Shown piece by piece: positions 11,601-22,938 of a DNA stretch of 64,000 nt (its first letter is position 1; each line of letters starts with the position of its first letter). Origin of the DNA: Marsupella aquatica. Lineage: Eukaryota; Plantae; Marchantiophyta. The DNA lies in NCBI GenBank assembly GCA_973895155.1, contig OZ316893.1, positions 23,981,420 through 24,045,419 on the forward strand. Direction: 5' to 3'. The notes under the pieces are model-generated. The model saw only the letters and a list, made by a program, of their open reading frames with translations. It did not search any database and was not told the origin of the DNA. A program made the translations under genes and the position numbers.

Positions 11601-14600
11601 GACAAGCAGCAGATAGCCGCTGTCGTAACAGCCTGCACAGAACTGCTTTGCGTTCTAAACAAGGAGCTTAAGAAATTGTTTAAGACTATGATTTCTACTG
11701 AAGCGGACTCGACCAGTTTCGTGGAGCATAGTAACGAACTGACAGCTCAGGAGCTCATTAGGGCAGATACTGATTTTAGAAAGATGGTCAATAGCCTGCC
11801 AAGCGTCGTTGAAGAGGTCGCAAAATTGAAGAGGGGAAAAAGTACACTGGAGCAGACTCTGCAGTCCCTTGAGCTTCAGAAAGAAGACGCTATTCGTCGA
11901 AGTAGTGAACACCTGGACAAGATGCTGAAATTGTCTGATTGTTCTCAACAAGAGGTCAATAGACAGAGAGATCAACTCAACACAGTTCGCTCTTTGGTCA
12001 GTTCCGTTTCAGTGAAGAGGACGCTATCTTCCAACGACACAAGTAGCAAGCAGGATGTAAACCAAAATGGACTTACATTGGAACTCGAAGGCATTATAAA
12101 GGAACTTGTTGCTTTGCGGACGGACAAGACACATCTAGAGGCTGCAGTGAGTGAGTTACGATCCAAGGGAGCTTCAGAGCAGGAAAAGTTGCAGGATTTG
12201 GGCATCAAGTTGTCTTCATCTGAGGCTCAAGTCCAGACCTTGTCTATAGGTGCTGTGGCTGCTGAGTCAAAACTACAGATTCTGGAAAGTCAACTTGCAG
12301 CTGCAGCAACACAGCTTTCCGAGCTGCTTGTAGTGATATCATCCAAGGATAGCGTCCCAAGCTCAGCTGGCAAGAGCTCAAGTTCTGAAGTATGGACTAA
12401 AGGCATGGACATTGGTGCCATAATCAAAGATGTGCAAAACAGAGTGTTGGAACTCTTGTCTGCGAGGGATGAGGAGTTGAGCAAGAGAGCAAAGGAAGGT
12501 AACAAGTGGAAAGGACAACAAGAAGCTCTAGAAAGGGATTTCAAACTGTCAACTGCTGAGTTAGAAAGGTTAAGAGTAAAGTCAAGTGGGCAGGAAGGAT
12601 TTATCAAGACACATACAGCAGAATGGACAAGTGTTGTTGCAAACCTTAAGATTGAGATTGCTAGGCTCGGAGGTACTGCTTCTACTCTTGGAGTTGACAT
12701 AGTATGTGTATTAGCTCTGCAAATCATGCAGGAAACCTCCAACCTAGACCAAAGACGGTTACAAAGAGGATTGGTGGACCTTTGGTTGATTGCTGAAAGC
12801 AATGGTGGATTCCTCCAATAACTTGAATTCATATGAAGGATCAAAATATCTCTTCGGACACTAATTTTGTCAGTGTCAGCAACTGTTATTTCATTAGGTG
12901 GGCATCAATATTTTCGTATGTATGGCTCAATGATGGTTATCAACATTTCTTTCTAAAGTCACCTGTAAACAATATTTGAGCTCGAAAGCTACAACTCTCA
13001 AATTTGCCACATCTAGAGAGTTTGAAAATGCATTGCTGAAATTGAGCGTCATCACTTTCTTGTTTGATAAGGTTTTGATCCCAAAGATGAGGGGGAAATT
13101 TTGAGGAAGTCGCTAGCCATGGAAAAGGTAGTACTTTCATCCATCTTGGTCAGCTTCAACTGCAGGATTCGTTTGTTGGCGACCTAGTTTTACACATATA
13201 CATACCAGGTTCCTGTAATGTTCCAGCTTTGGGGGAGTGAATGTTTTTTGTAATGCTTCATTCACAATTTAGTCTATGCCATCAAGCACCTCGTTTGCTT
13301 GTGTGATGTCCATCTCTTAGGTGAAGGAATTGGTTTCACCTGCCGTTACGAGGATCGCTTCTACTTCTGGTGCTCAAACTTCGGTGAGTTGTGCTTGAAG
13401 GGCCGGGAATAAGAAATTGAAGACCTTCCAAATCATTGCGAGGTTTAGTGGAAGGATAATAATATAACTGATAAAACTAGTAGTTGAAAGCAACATGTTT
13501 TGCAATTATATATCCATTGGAAAAGAATTTGGAAACCCAGTCCAACAATTGGCTAGGAAGAATCTTTTATCCCCAAAATTATTGATCTACCAATAGTCTG
13601 AACATGTATGACTCTTCCTGAATCTTGAACGATTCAGGCTTACAGCCTATGTGATAGGTGAATTGTATGTAAGAGGTAAGTTTTGACGTCAATGACTTGA
13701 ATTGTGTTCAGACAGATGCGTCGCCATCCCGCAATCCACTGCTCAGTTTAGGAACGTTCCAAGTGGACCTACTTGTCAATAACAAGGTTGGTAGCTGGAA
13801 TTTGTTGGCGGGCCTGCAAAAGAAAGAATGAAGTTCTAAGAAGTCTTTCAAGTATATAAATAAATGAGGGCAACAGTTGTGATTTTTAAATGCCCTCTTT
13901 GTTGACATTATTTTGTGATGTCCTGAAAAGGGAAGGTATAATAGTCGTCACAAAAACAGGAGGAGAAGGCATGAAGTATGCAGGGATGTTAGTGCAAAGT
14001 AGAGTCTTTACTGCATATATGTACAGGTCAGAACGAGTAGTTTGGTTCTCTATGTGGGCTACGGTGGTTGTTGAAGTGTCTCGATCTTTACTGTTTATAT
14101 ACCATGTATTAATTTTCCTAACTTGCAAGTAACTTTCTGAAATACTAATCTTAGTCAGCATCGTTCTGAGCAAGAGAATGATATTATGCTTCGCTTTGCA
14201 GGTTCATTCACAGCTGAAAGTTTCAGGACACAACGGAGGATTATGTCAAGCAGCGCTTCACTACTTTAATGTGGATGCGAATACTGGTGAAGTTACGTTT
14301 GAAAACGCAATGGTCCCAGGCTCTCAATCTTCTAACTTGGTGGTGGACCTGGTAACTTTTATGCTTACTCTTTACCCTTCAAGTGTGTAAAATTCCATGA
14401 ATTTTTATTTAAATGACCGTCATGGCATGGGCCTAATAAGGCAGTTTGAGAAGAAATTCTTAGCCTGGGTAATGTTATCTCGTCTATCTCCGTTTAGGAT
14501 TAGCTCATTATTGCAGAAATACTTGATGTCTCAGAGCTTGTCATGGCATTTCACGCTGGGTCGCCATTACTTGCAGTTTATGCAACCAGCTGATAGCAAA

Positions 14601-15463
14601 AAAGGATATCAAACCCAGGCAGGGGACGTTCTTGGACTTCGTGTTAAGGTACTATGTCCACAATATATGGTTGTTCCTCTGCTTTCACAATACATATCTC
14701 GAAGGAGAAACTGCGTTGCTGAGTATTGGATTTGATTGTGGCAGTTCTCGGCTTCCAGTGACCCAAGTCCCAGGGAGGTTCTCCACAATACAAGCATCAT
14801 ATGTACTGATGAGGTGTGCTTGTAACTCTCAAACATCCCTCAGAAAACTAGAATGAGTGGCTAGTTGAACCAAATAGTCATTTCAAGAAAGGCGAATGCA
14901 GTTGTCGGTATGATGTCGATGTAGGTTGAAGTGCAGTAGCAAGATATTGGTACATTGTATTCCCACAACTTTATGGCAGGGACGGTCTATACATTGTACT
15001 GAGTACAATCCTACGAAATATTTACTGCGTGGGTCTGGAGACTAGTTGACGCCATGGATGGCTTTTGAAAACCGGATTTCAACTATTCAGGTGCTTGAGG
15101 CTATCCAGGGACAAATGACACAGAACTTCTCCCTATGGCCAGATATTGTGAGCAGCTGGCGTTGGGAGAGGGATGCGAAGAAAACTAGGTACAATTCTGG
15201 GCATAAGCGCAGTTGATTCAAGTATGTGACACTTCAAACTTGACATCTGTTGGGTTGATTTTCTCTGCAATGAGATTGCGAAGTAATCCAAGAGTCTCAC
15301 TCACCTCTTACCTTCTCGTTTACAATTGTTCAGGTGGAGCCTTACAAATGTTCGATGGCGTTTTCTGCTCAAGAACATTTTCCCGGAGTTGAGTGCCCCG
15401 TTTCAAGATCTGACAATGAGAGGACCGACTGCCCCTCGTTCATCATCAATTCACATTGCGTAG
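5672..15463 (+). CDS. Large coiled-coil protein (>1,400 aa) with three ~147-aa internal repeats and a small C-terminal globular region; function unknown
   Basis: Phase-consistent GT-AG exons: 7017-7119, 7604-7858, 7997-8146, 8836-9165, 9339-9515, 10008-12672, 13321-13383, 13716-13786, 14202-14351, 14577-14648, 14745-14813, 15091-15188, 15334-15463 (TAG). The 5' end is uncertain; candidates are 5672-5743 (ATG...ACC|GTAAGT) and 6433-6579. Composition is heptad-like and E/K/L-rich. Confidence 0.8.
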
Positions 15464-17335
15464 AATCTATTTACATTTGACATCTGTTCAATGCTTGGTT
15501 TTGTCATCAAAGCCAACGAGAGGGCTTTAAAGGGGTTGCTGGATGGCTGCCATTACAACACCACCATGGAACCCGGTGTACCTCCATTTGGAATGGGAGT
15601 GTCAGCCCCCTACTCCCAAAGATTTCCACGGAACCCTCAAATAGTGATCGTACCGGCAAAGAAGCAAGGTACTGAGGTTTGATCTAGGAATTTCCTACAA
15701 AATGAGCATTCTTCTGACTCGAGAAATTATAATTATAATTGGCTAGGGCCCGGGTCCATCCGAGTCGGTTCACAAATTGGGTACAAAATCCAAGAGATGA
15801 CTCTTCATAAGCTATGGATGGAAACAACCCATTGCAACTGCTCTGATACAGAACCACAGGAGAAAGATTGTGAATATGTAGGGTAACCTATCCCCAAGAG
15901 GGAGTAATGGGATGTAATCGTGAGGGGGTGCTGAGCCCAAGGATGTTATAGCCTGTTATCATTATCACAAGTGGGAATGAGTTACCTAAAAGACCAAGTT
16001 AATTTTTGAAACATTGATCTCACTTTTACATTATTAAACTGCACAGTTTGTCTTGTAACCACTTGTGCTTTACCTGTATTCTCATTCAAATTTGAGAATC
16101 CCCAGGCCAGACTGGCACATGGGTTCAGTGGTTCACCTGCAAGTAATGTCTCATAGCCATCTCTAGAAATGCAAGAAAAATGTTTTTGGCTGTCACTGGT
16201 CTTTAAGTGCAGGTCATCTGCGTATAACTCTATTGTGAAATATGATTTCCAAGCTAATTGTTTGCCCAATTTAGCTACCATGCATGCTAACTCAAGCCCA
16301 ACTTATCAATTATTAAAGTAGTTGGCTTGTACATTAAGGATTTGACATACTAAAAGTTTGACATACTAAAATACTCTACTTGCCTTAGCTTCTCCTCCAA
16401 CTTGAGGATCACAAGTTTTTCTCTAATTTTTAATGCATGTGTGGAAGAAGTTAATGATTGTAAGCTGCATATGCTCACAAAATGGAGCTATGGGGCGCAT
16501 TGCACAGAAGGCCTAATCAGGGAGGGCTGGGTAAAGGGATGATACATCAATGCCACAATCTTTCCAGAGCCACTGGTTCACATTCATAGGGACTTTGAAA
16601 ATCAGCAAAATAAATAGGTGTTAAAGGGACTTTGAAACTGAGCAAAATAAATAACTTCAAAGTAACTTGAAGGACTTACCCAAAGATTTTTTGACAGAAT
16701 CCTCCAAAATATATGCAATTAGACAATTGCCTGGGCTCCACTCAAATTGATGTGGGATGGTTCTCATGGAATGTTTGACTCAAAGGCAACCCAAGTTTGA
16801 AAGTGTCTTGCATGAACCAGATCTAATGAAACAGCCCGTCAGGGCGGCTTACCTGAATGACCCCTGTTATTCCAAAGCCAACTGGATCTGTTTCCACTCA
16901 TTATACCCTCCACTTATAATCTAAAGGGAATATAAATAAGCAAAGGACCTACATCAGCGTTTCCTTGGGCCCATTACTTTGTCATGTAGAATTGGTAGAC
17001 ACCACCTGAATGGGCCCCAATTCTTATAAGCCAACCTCAGCGTCTCCACTCATGATTATGGTCTAGATTTAATCTCCAAGGGAATACTGTCAACAAATTC
17101 TTGGGCCCACTGCTATTGGTAAGCACCATACTTTAATGGCCATGAGTTCTTGCATGACCAACAACTGCAACCCCTTTCCTCTCATTATAGTGTCCAGATT
17201 TCACCTTAGAGTGAATCAAAGGAAGCAATGTATACCGTTAAGGACGCTCGCTGCCATATATATAATTTAATTAAACTATAATAAAGCATTGCACCTTTTT
17301 TCAAAGTGATCGTCATTCAATTTGACGAGGCTTTT

Positions 17336-17587
17336 TGAGTGAAAGAAAAGTGAACTGGAAAAAGAGAAAGGAATAAGAAGAAAACAATTATGTTTGGTGT
17401 TGAGTGAAAGAAAAGGGAACTGGAGAAAGAGAAAGGAATAAGAAGAAAACAATTATGTTTGGTGTTGAGTGAAAGAAAAGGGAACTGGAAAAAGAGAAAG
17501 GAATAAGAAGAAAACAATTATGTTTGGTGTTGAGTGAAAGAAAAGGGAACTGGAAAAAGAAAATAGAAAACAGTTATGTTTGGTGTG
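17336..17587. repeat. 65-bp purine-rich tandem repeat, about 3.9 copies
   Basis: Unit TGAGTGAAAGAAAAG(G/T)GAACTGGAAAAAGAGAAAGGAATAAGAAGAAAACAATTATGTTTGGTGT starts at 17336, 17401, 17466 and 17531. Confidence 0.95.
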
Positions 17588-18468
17588 AACATGCTGAAAA
17601 GTACAAAGTATTCCCTTTTACCTTCCATGCTACACCATGCTCCTCCCTCTACCATCCATGCATAGGAAGTGCTACATCATGAGAGGAGTTTAATTACAAA
17701 TATTACATAATCAATAAAATAGTGCACAATCTAATAAAAAAGACAAGACAAGACAAGAAAATTAGTGAAAACGAAGGAAAAAGAATTGTTGTTGGGGGGG
17801 GCGGGCGGGGTGGGGCGAGGAGGGTATTAAGGTTTCACAGATTATTTTCCCCTTAAAAATAGAGAATTAAAAAAAATCTTAAATGCAACGACATGTTTAC
17901 GCAACAACATCTTTATACTTGACAACATATATGACTGATGACATACTTTTACTTATGGACCATTTTGTACTTAACAATAACTTTATACTTAACAACATCT
18001 TTTCTCTTAACGATATCTAGGGTGTAGTGACATTGTTTTTCTTAACGACATCTTTGGGGACATGTATCTTTCCTCTTAGCAAAATCTTTGGCGACGCAAC
18101 ATCATTTCTCTTAATGACATCTTGGGCGTCACGCCATCTTTTTTCTTCACAACATCTTTTGTGCAATGCATGGGTATTGAACTAGTTAGGTATATTGTCG
18201 TCCATATATGGTCTATTGGCATGTGCGGGGAGACCATATATATACATGAGGCAATATAGGTCATTATGGGATGAGCAAGCATTCTTGACTTTAAGTTAAG
18301 GAGATCTAGCCATTAAGGAGGTCTAGACCATGTAAGTGCCACTTTCCCATTCATTAATACCTGGATGTAAGATTGGAATGTATCTGGTACAATATGGAAT
18401 ACACTCAACATGATGAGATGTAATGATGAGCAAGAGTACTATTGTGACAACAACTTAAGGCATCAAAG

Positions 18469-20458
18469 ACACATCAGGTTAAATCAACGTCGCATTAAGA
18501 CTCCCCAACCTTCTTTGGGGCTCGGGGGGTTAACTTAGTGTATATTTTGGGGTACCACGTGTGATCTTATCCTAATATAAACACACCTATTTTATAATGG
18601 AAATATTCTAAAAATATTCTCTATTTTCAATACTAATGACCTATTTTACTTTATAAAAGGTATATATTAGAGAATATTTTACAAATATAGGTTTATAATA
18701 TCTTCTTTTGCTTCCTACGCTTTTTAAAAATTTAGCTAATTTATATGAAAAATACCTATTTTGGATCGCACGTGGTTCCTAAGATTGTTGATAGTCAACC
18801 CCCCGAGCTTTGGGGCCTTACCCTGCCCGTCACAAATCCCAAAGCTGCTGCCCGCAAGCCCGTTTGACAGACAATCACCGTTTTGGCGGACTCTAAACAT
18901 ACTAGCCCCCGATCCGTTGATGAACGGAAAAGTTTAATTTTTTCACATTTGACGCCCTTTAGGGTACGGGACACCCCTAGCCTCAAACGACCACATCTCC
19001 CTCTATTTCATCCCTGGTTGTCATTCTCAGTTTTTGTGCAGTCCAACGTGCATAACAGTTCGTTATGCACGTTGGACTGCCATAACGAGCTGTTATGGCA
19101 GTCCTGCGTTTGCGCAACTATAAGGGTTGTTGGGTTCGTGTGACTATTTAGGCAGCCATGCGATTGCCCAACTATGAGGGTTGTTGTAGTTGTGCACCTA
19201 TGTTTGTTGCTTGCATTTGTGTGATTGTTCTGGAAGCCCTATGTTTGCGCAACTATAAGGGTTGTTGCGGTCGAGTGACTGTTCTGGCAACCTCATGTCT
19301 ACACAACTATAAGGATTTGTGTGACTGTTCTGGCAACCCCACATTGCGCAACTATAAGTCAGAGTTGTCGCATTTTTTGACTGTTCTGGCAGCCCTGCAC
19401 TTGTGTCCTATGATTTGTTTCTCGCATTTGTCTGGTTGTTCTGGCATATCATGATTCTTTGCACGGTTTGACGGTCATTGTCCTCCTCACATTCAACCAA
19501 TGAGAAATACACTTGCATTTGTGCGACTATACTAGTGTGCACTTATTTGCACACACAGGAGGTGAAGTATGCTTCAAATGAGTTAGTGAATTCCTAGGTA
19601 ACTTATATTTACTTCTAAAAGGCTCTTAATAAAAAGTGTTGTGTGTAGCAATTGTGGACCAAATTTCATTATCGTGAAGCCTCCTCATCAAGGAATACAT
19701 TGAGGTCAATGGTAATGTTTATGTCTACATCCCTGGCACAACCTCCAAGGTTTATGACATGAGCAGGAAGTGGTGGAGTGAACTGATTTGCTCTCCTAGT
19801 ACTTGGCCGCCTACCTTCCTTATATGCCCTGCCTAACCTACTCAGATGTTGCCTGATAAATTCCCAAACCACTTTTTGCTTGGATGGTAATGCACATGGT
19901 GTTGCGCCATCCTCCTCCTGCCATTAAAGAAAGTCACTAAGTTACCACTTCTTCAATCGGTTATTTCATACAGGATAGAACAGAAATTGGAACAAACAAA
20001 AAATATAGAATTTACCATATTGGTAATTTGAGAGGAAGCTGCTTGTTCTCTTGTTTTTGTTGTCCTCAAAGCCATAGTCCTTCTTCCTCTCTTCCCCCCA
20101 TGGTAAATGTTCACCGGCTTATAGTTGTGCAAACTCAGGGCTGCCAAAACAGTCACACAAATGCCAGCAACAAACCACAATGACAAAAATTGAGAATGAT
20201 AACCGGCCAGGGATGAAACAGAGGGAGATGTGGGTGCTCAAGGCTAGGGTGTCCCGTGCCCTAAAGGGCGTCAAATGTGAAAAGAACGAAATTTTTCTGT
20301 CTGTCAACGGATTGGGGGCTAATATGTTTAGAGTTTGCCAGAATGGTGATTAATGGTCAAGCAGGCTTACGGGCAGCAGCTTTGGGATTTGTGACGGGCA
20401 GGGTACGGGCCTCAAGAAGGCTGAGGAGCCTTAATGCCGTGTTGATTTAACCCGGTGT
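18469..20458. mobile_element. Non-autonomous DNA transposon with long (~280 bp) TIRs and subterminal repeats (MULE/foldback-like)
   Basis: 18469-18520 plus 18816-19037 is the reverse complement of about 20180-20458. Flanked by the 8-bp direct repeat CATCAAAG (18461-18468, 20459-20466). Subterminal GGCAGCC...GCGCAACTATAAG units at 19050-19420, with an inverted copy near 20120-20175. No transposase ORF. Confidence 0.85.
18521..18807. mobile_element. 287-bp MITE nested in the left TIR of the larger element
   Basis: TIRs CTCGGGGGGTTAACT...CCACGTGTGATC and GATCGCACGTGG...AGTCAACCCCCCGAG, AT-rich core, perfect 8-bp TSD CTTTGGGG (18513-18520, 18808-18815). Confidence 0.85.
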
Positions 20459-21033
20459 CATCAAAGTGTGAAAATTCACCCATACTTCCTTAAGGGATTG
20501 AAAATTCACCAATACTTCCTTAAAGTATTGTCTATCTGCATGCATGGCCATTACTTCTTGCATGACCAACTGCAGCCCTTTCCACTCATTATAGTTTCCA
20601 AGTTTAATATCATAGGAAATGAAAAGAAACAGTAGAGCATCTCCAAGCTTCAATCACAATTACTGCTGAGGGTTTCTGGCCATAAACAAATAGCCATAGC
20701 TTTTTCACTTGTTTATATAAACAGATTTTGGTTTATTTTTCTCACTAACTTCTGCATGACTTGGTCATGGAATATGACCAATCTTTATGGCAAAATGCTA
20801 TGTGTCATGAATTTGGAAGTCCATAATTTTTGGTGTCCATCAAATTTTGAGTTTTGAGACCTCCTAATGTACCCAATAAGCAACACTCGTTTGCTTTGAT
20901 TCATCAAATTTTGAGTTTTGATAACCCCCAAGGACTCAATAAGCAACACTCTTTTGCTTTGTACTTTGTTTGGCCCATTTTTTAGTAAATTGGTCCTTTT
21001 TCGTTTCCTTGGTTCACTTGGCCTCATAATATG

Positions 21034-22938
21034 CTACAGTTCCCAGGCCATTTTCACAGAGTCCCCCGTCCCAAGGACGCCATATCGTCTCCTGGTGTAA
21101 TCCCTGAGCGACGTGTCGTTGACGGCGCAGTGGCTCGTCTCCCAGTCCGAGGGCTTGGTGGCTTCAGAGCCCAGTCCTTCAGGTCGGTCCTTAGAGTTCA
21201 AGTTCTTGGGTTCCTTCCAATCGACCACGTACGTCGACGCCCTCTTCGCGAATTTCTTCTCGAACTCGCTCCACGCTTGATACTTGTAGTGATGCACGAC
21301 AGCGTGCCGAACGTCGAGGTAGATCGTCTGGTGCGTGGGCTTCAAGAGGAAGTGGTGGATCACATTCTGCAGCGAGCTCTTCAGCGCCGGGAAGAAGATC
21401 AGGGATTTGTGCCTCTGCTCGCCCCGGTCTCTACAAGTGTAGCCCTGTGTCACTCCCTCCGCCGGACTCGCGCTTCGGCCAGATGGCCCAAAGTTCCTGC
21501 ACTGGAATGAAATCTGTCCCAATTGCTGAGATGGCGGAGCAGGAGTGCTGCCTGTGGAGGCAATGGGTGTCACCCTCGCGAGAGTGTCTTCGATGAGAGA
21601 TGCGAGAGGACTCGATGATGATGATGGTCTGGTGTTATGGTCGGCTCTGAGATTGAGCCATCGTTTGGGGAAGAGGTACTCGTCGACGTCGGTGAACAGA
21701 ATCCAGGTGCACTCACGCTGAGCCTCGATGGCGCAATTGGAGAAGCCGGCCTCCTGTGTCTTCACCCACGGCCAATTGATTCTGGTGACGTTGTACTGGG
21801 AGAGCTCGCTCACCGCGCTTCGGATGTCATCCTCGCTGTTGTTGTCGTAGAGGAAGAATTTCTCAACCCCGAGGTCGGAGTTGAAGAGCACCCATTCTTT
21901 GAGGAACTTGGCAACGTTCCAGATCATCGTGCACGAGCAGACGAAATGTCTCTTCTGTGATGAGGTCGAGTTGCCGAGCTCTCCGAAAGTCTTGAACTCG
22001 TTGGAGCCCGCCTCCAAATGCCTGTTCCCTCGTGCCGGCAGAATGGCATCGTAGTAGGCAACGGAGGGAATGGTCTTGCCTTTGTAGAGCAAATGCACTT
22101 TCACTCTGGTGACGAAGGTTGTGGGATGGTTCACACTCGGAAACTGACACCTAAAAACCTCTAGGGCACCGGCTGTGACAGGAGTTTCCACCGACTCTCC
22201 AAACTTACACCGGAAATTCTCCAGCTCGGTATACTCCGTGGCCTTGCTTCGTGATGCATCGAAGAGGTTCTTCACGTAGATGACGACATCCACGTCCGTG
22301 GACTGCACTGCATAGACGAGAGCTTCATCCCACCGAACTGGCTGCACTAGAATTCCATCCACGCGTGGCAGTAGGGCCAGCCCACTGTCCAGCTCCAGAG
22401 ACACATTCTCAACCTTAAATGTTTTCAGCGTGCTCAGGGACGACGGTCTCGTGCATGAGACGCCCAGTCTGCCGTCTGGTAACAAATCCACCAAGCGAGG
22501 GGGTGACTTCAGCTCCGGCTCCTCGCCATAAATACACGCAGAAATTCTGTCTTGGTGGAGTAAACCTGAGCCTGAGCCATGCCTCAAAATGAACAAATCC
22601 AAGTCCTCCGGAAGGACCACCAGATCTTCGATGAAAGGAAGAGATTCCAGATCTTCGATGAAAGGAAGAGATTCTGCTACTGCGAGTCCACTCGTAGTCT
22701 TTAGCCCCTCTGTGGAAGTAGGCGTGGTGGTTAAGTCTCCACCATTGCCATGACTTGTTAGTGATCTGGGATGGGTTTTGGGTGCGGCGCCACCACCACT
22801 TTTCTGGCTGAGGGCGTTGAAAGACAATGCAAACATCTGCTCCGTTCGAAGCTCCCATAGCACTTTCGCGGATGACCCATAGTCACGAGGATATGAGAGA
22901 ACCAGGTTTCTAGGATAGAAAATCTTAGCTGCAGGCAT
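21034..22938 (-). CDS. Glycosyltransferase family 92 (DUF23) protein
   Basis: Uninterrupted ORF with family motifs CSCTMIWNVAKFLKEWV, GVEKFFLYDNNSED, WPWVKTQEAGFSNC, WILFTDVDEY (DxD), NFGPSG, EGVTQGYTCR, RHKS, HYKYQAW, RASTYVVDW, SKDRPEGLG. True start uncertain: first ATG at 22938, or an upstream exon. Confidence 0.92.
   Translation of the reverse strand: MPAAKIFYPRNLVLSYPRDYGSSAKVLWELRTEQMFALSFNALSQKSGGGAAPKTHPRSLTSHGNGGDLTTTPTSTEGLKTTSGLAVAESLPFIEDLESLPFIEDLVVLPEDLDLFILRHGSGSGLLHQDRISACIYGEEPELKSPPRLVDLLPDGRLGVSCTRPSSLSTLKTFKVENVSLELDSGLALLPRVDGILVQPVRWDEALVYAVQSTDVDVVIYVKNLFDASRSKATEYTELENFRCKFGESVETPVTAGALEVFRCQFPSVNHPTTFVTRVKVHLLYKGKTIPSVAYYDAILPARGNRHLEAGSNEFKTFGELGNSTSSQKRHFVCSCTMIWNVAKFLKEWVLFNSDLGVEKFFLYDNNSEDDIRSAVSELSQYNVTRINWPWVKTQEAGFSNCAIEAQRECTWILFTDVDEYLFPKRWLNLRADHNTRPSSSSSPLASLIEDTLARVTPIASTGSTPAPPSQQLGQISFQCRNFGPSGRSASPAEGVTQGYTCRDRGEQRHKSLIFFPALKSSLQNVIHHFLLKPTHQTIYLDVRHAVVHHYKYQAWSEFEKKFAKRASTYVVDWKEPKNLNSKDRPEGLGSEATKPSDWETSHCAVNDTSLRDYTRRRYGVLGTGDSVKMAWEL

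Noticed and set aside
10979-12844. Minus-strand Ser/Leu-rich ORFs
   Set aside because: Antisense shadows of the E/K-rich coiled-coil exon.
17336-17587. ORF 17317-17517 or a CRISPR-like array
   Set aside because: A plain head-to-tail 65-bp repeat; the ORF is a by-product.
21031-21960. Plus-strand ORFs of 159 and 107 aa
   Set aside because: Antisense shadows of the GC-rich GT92 CDS.
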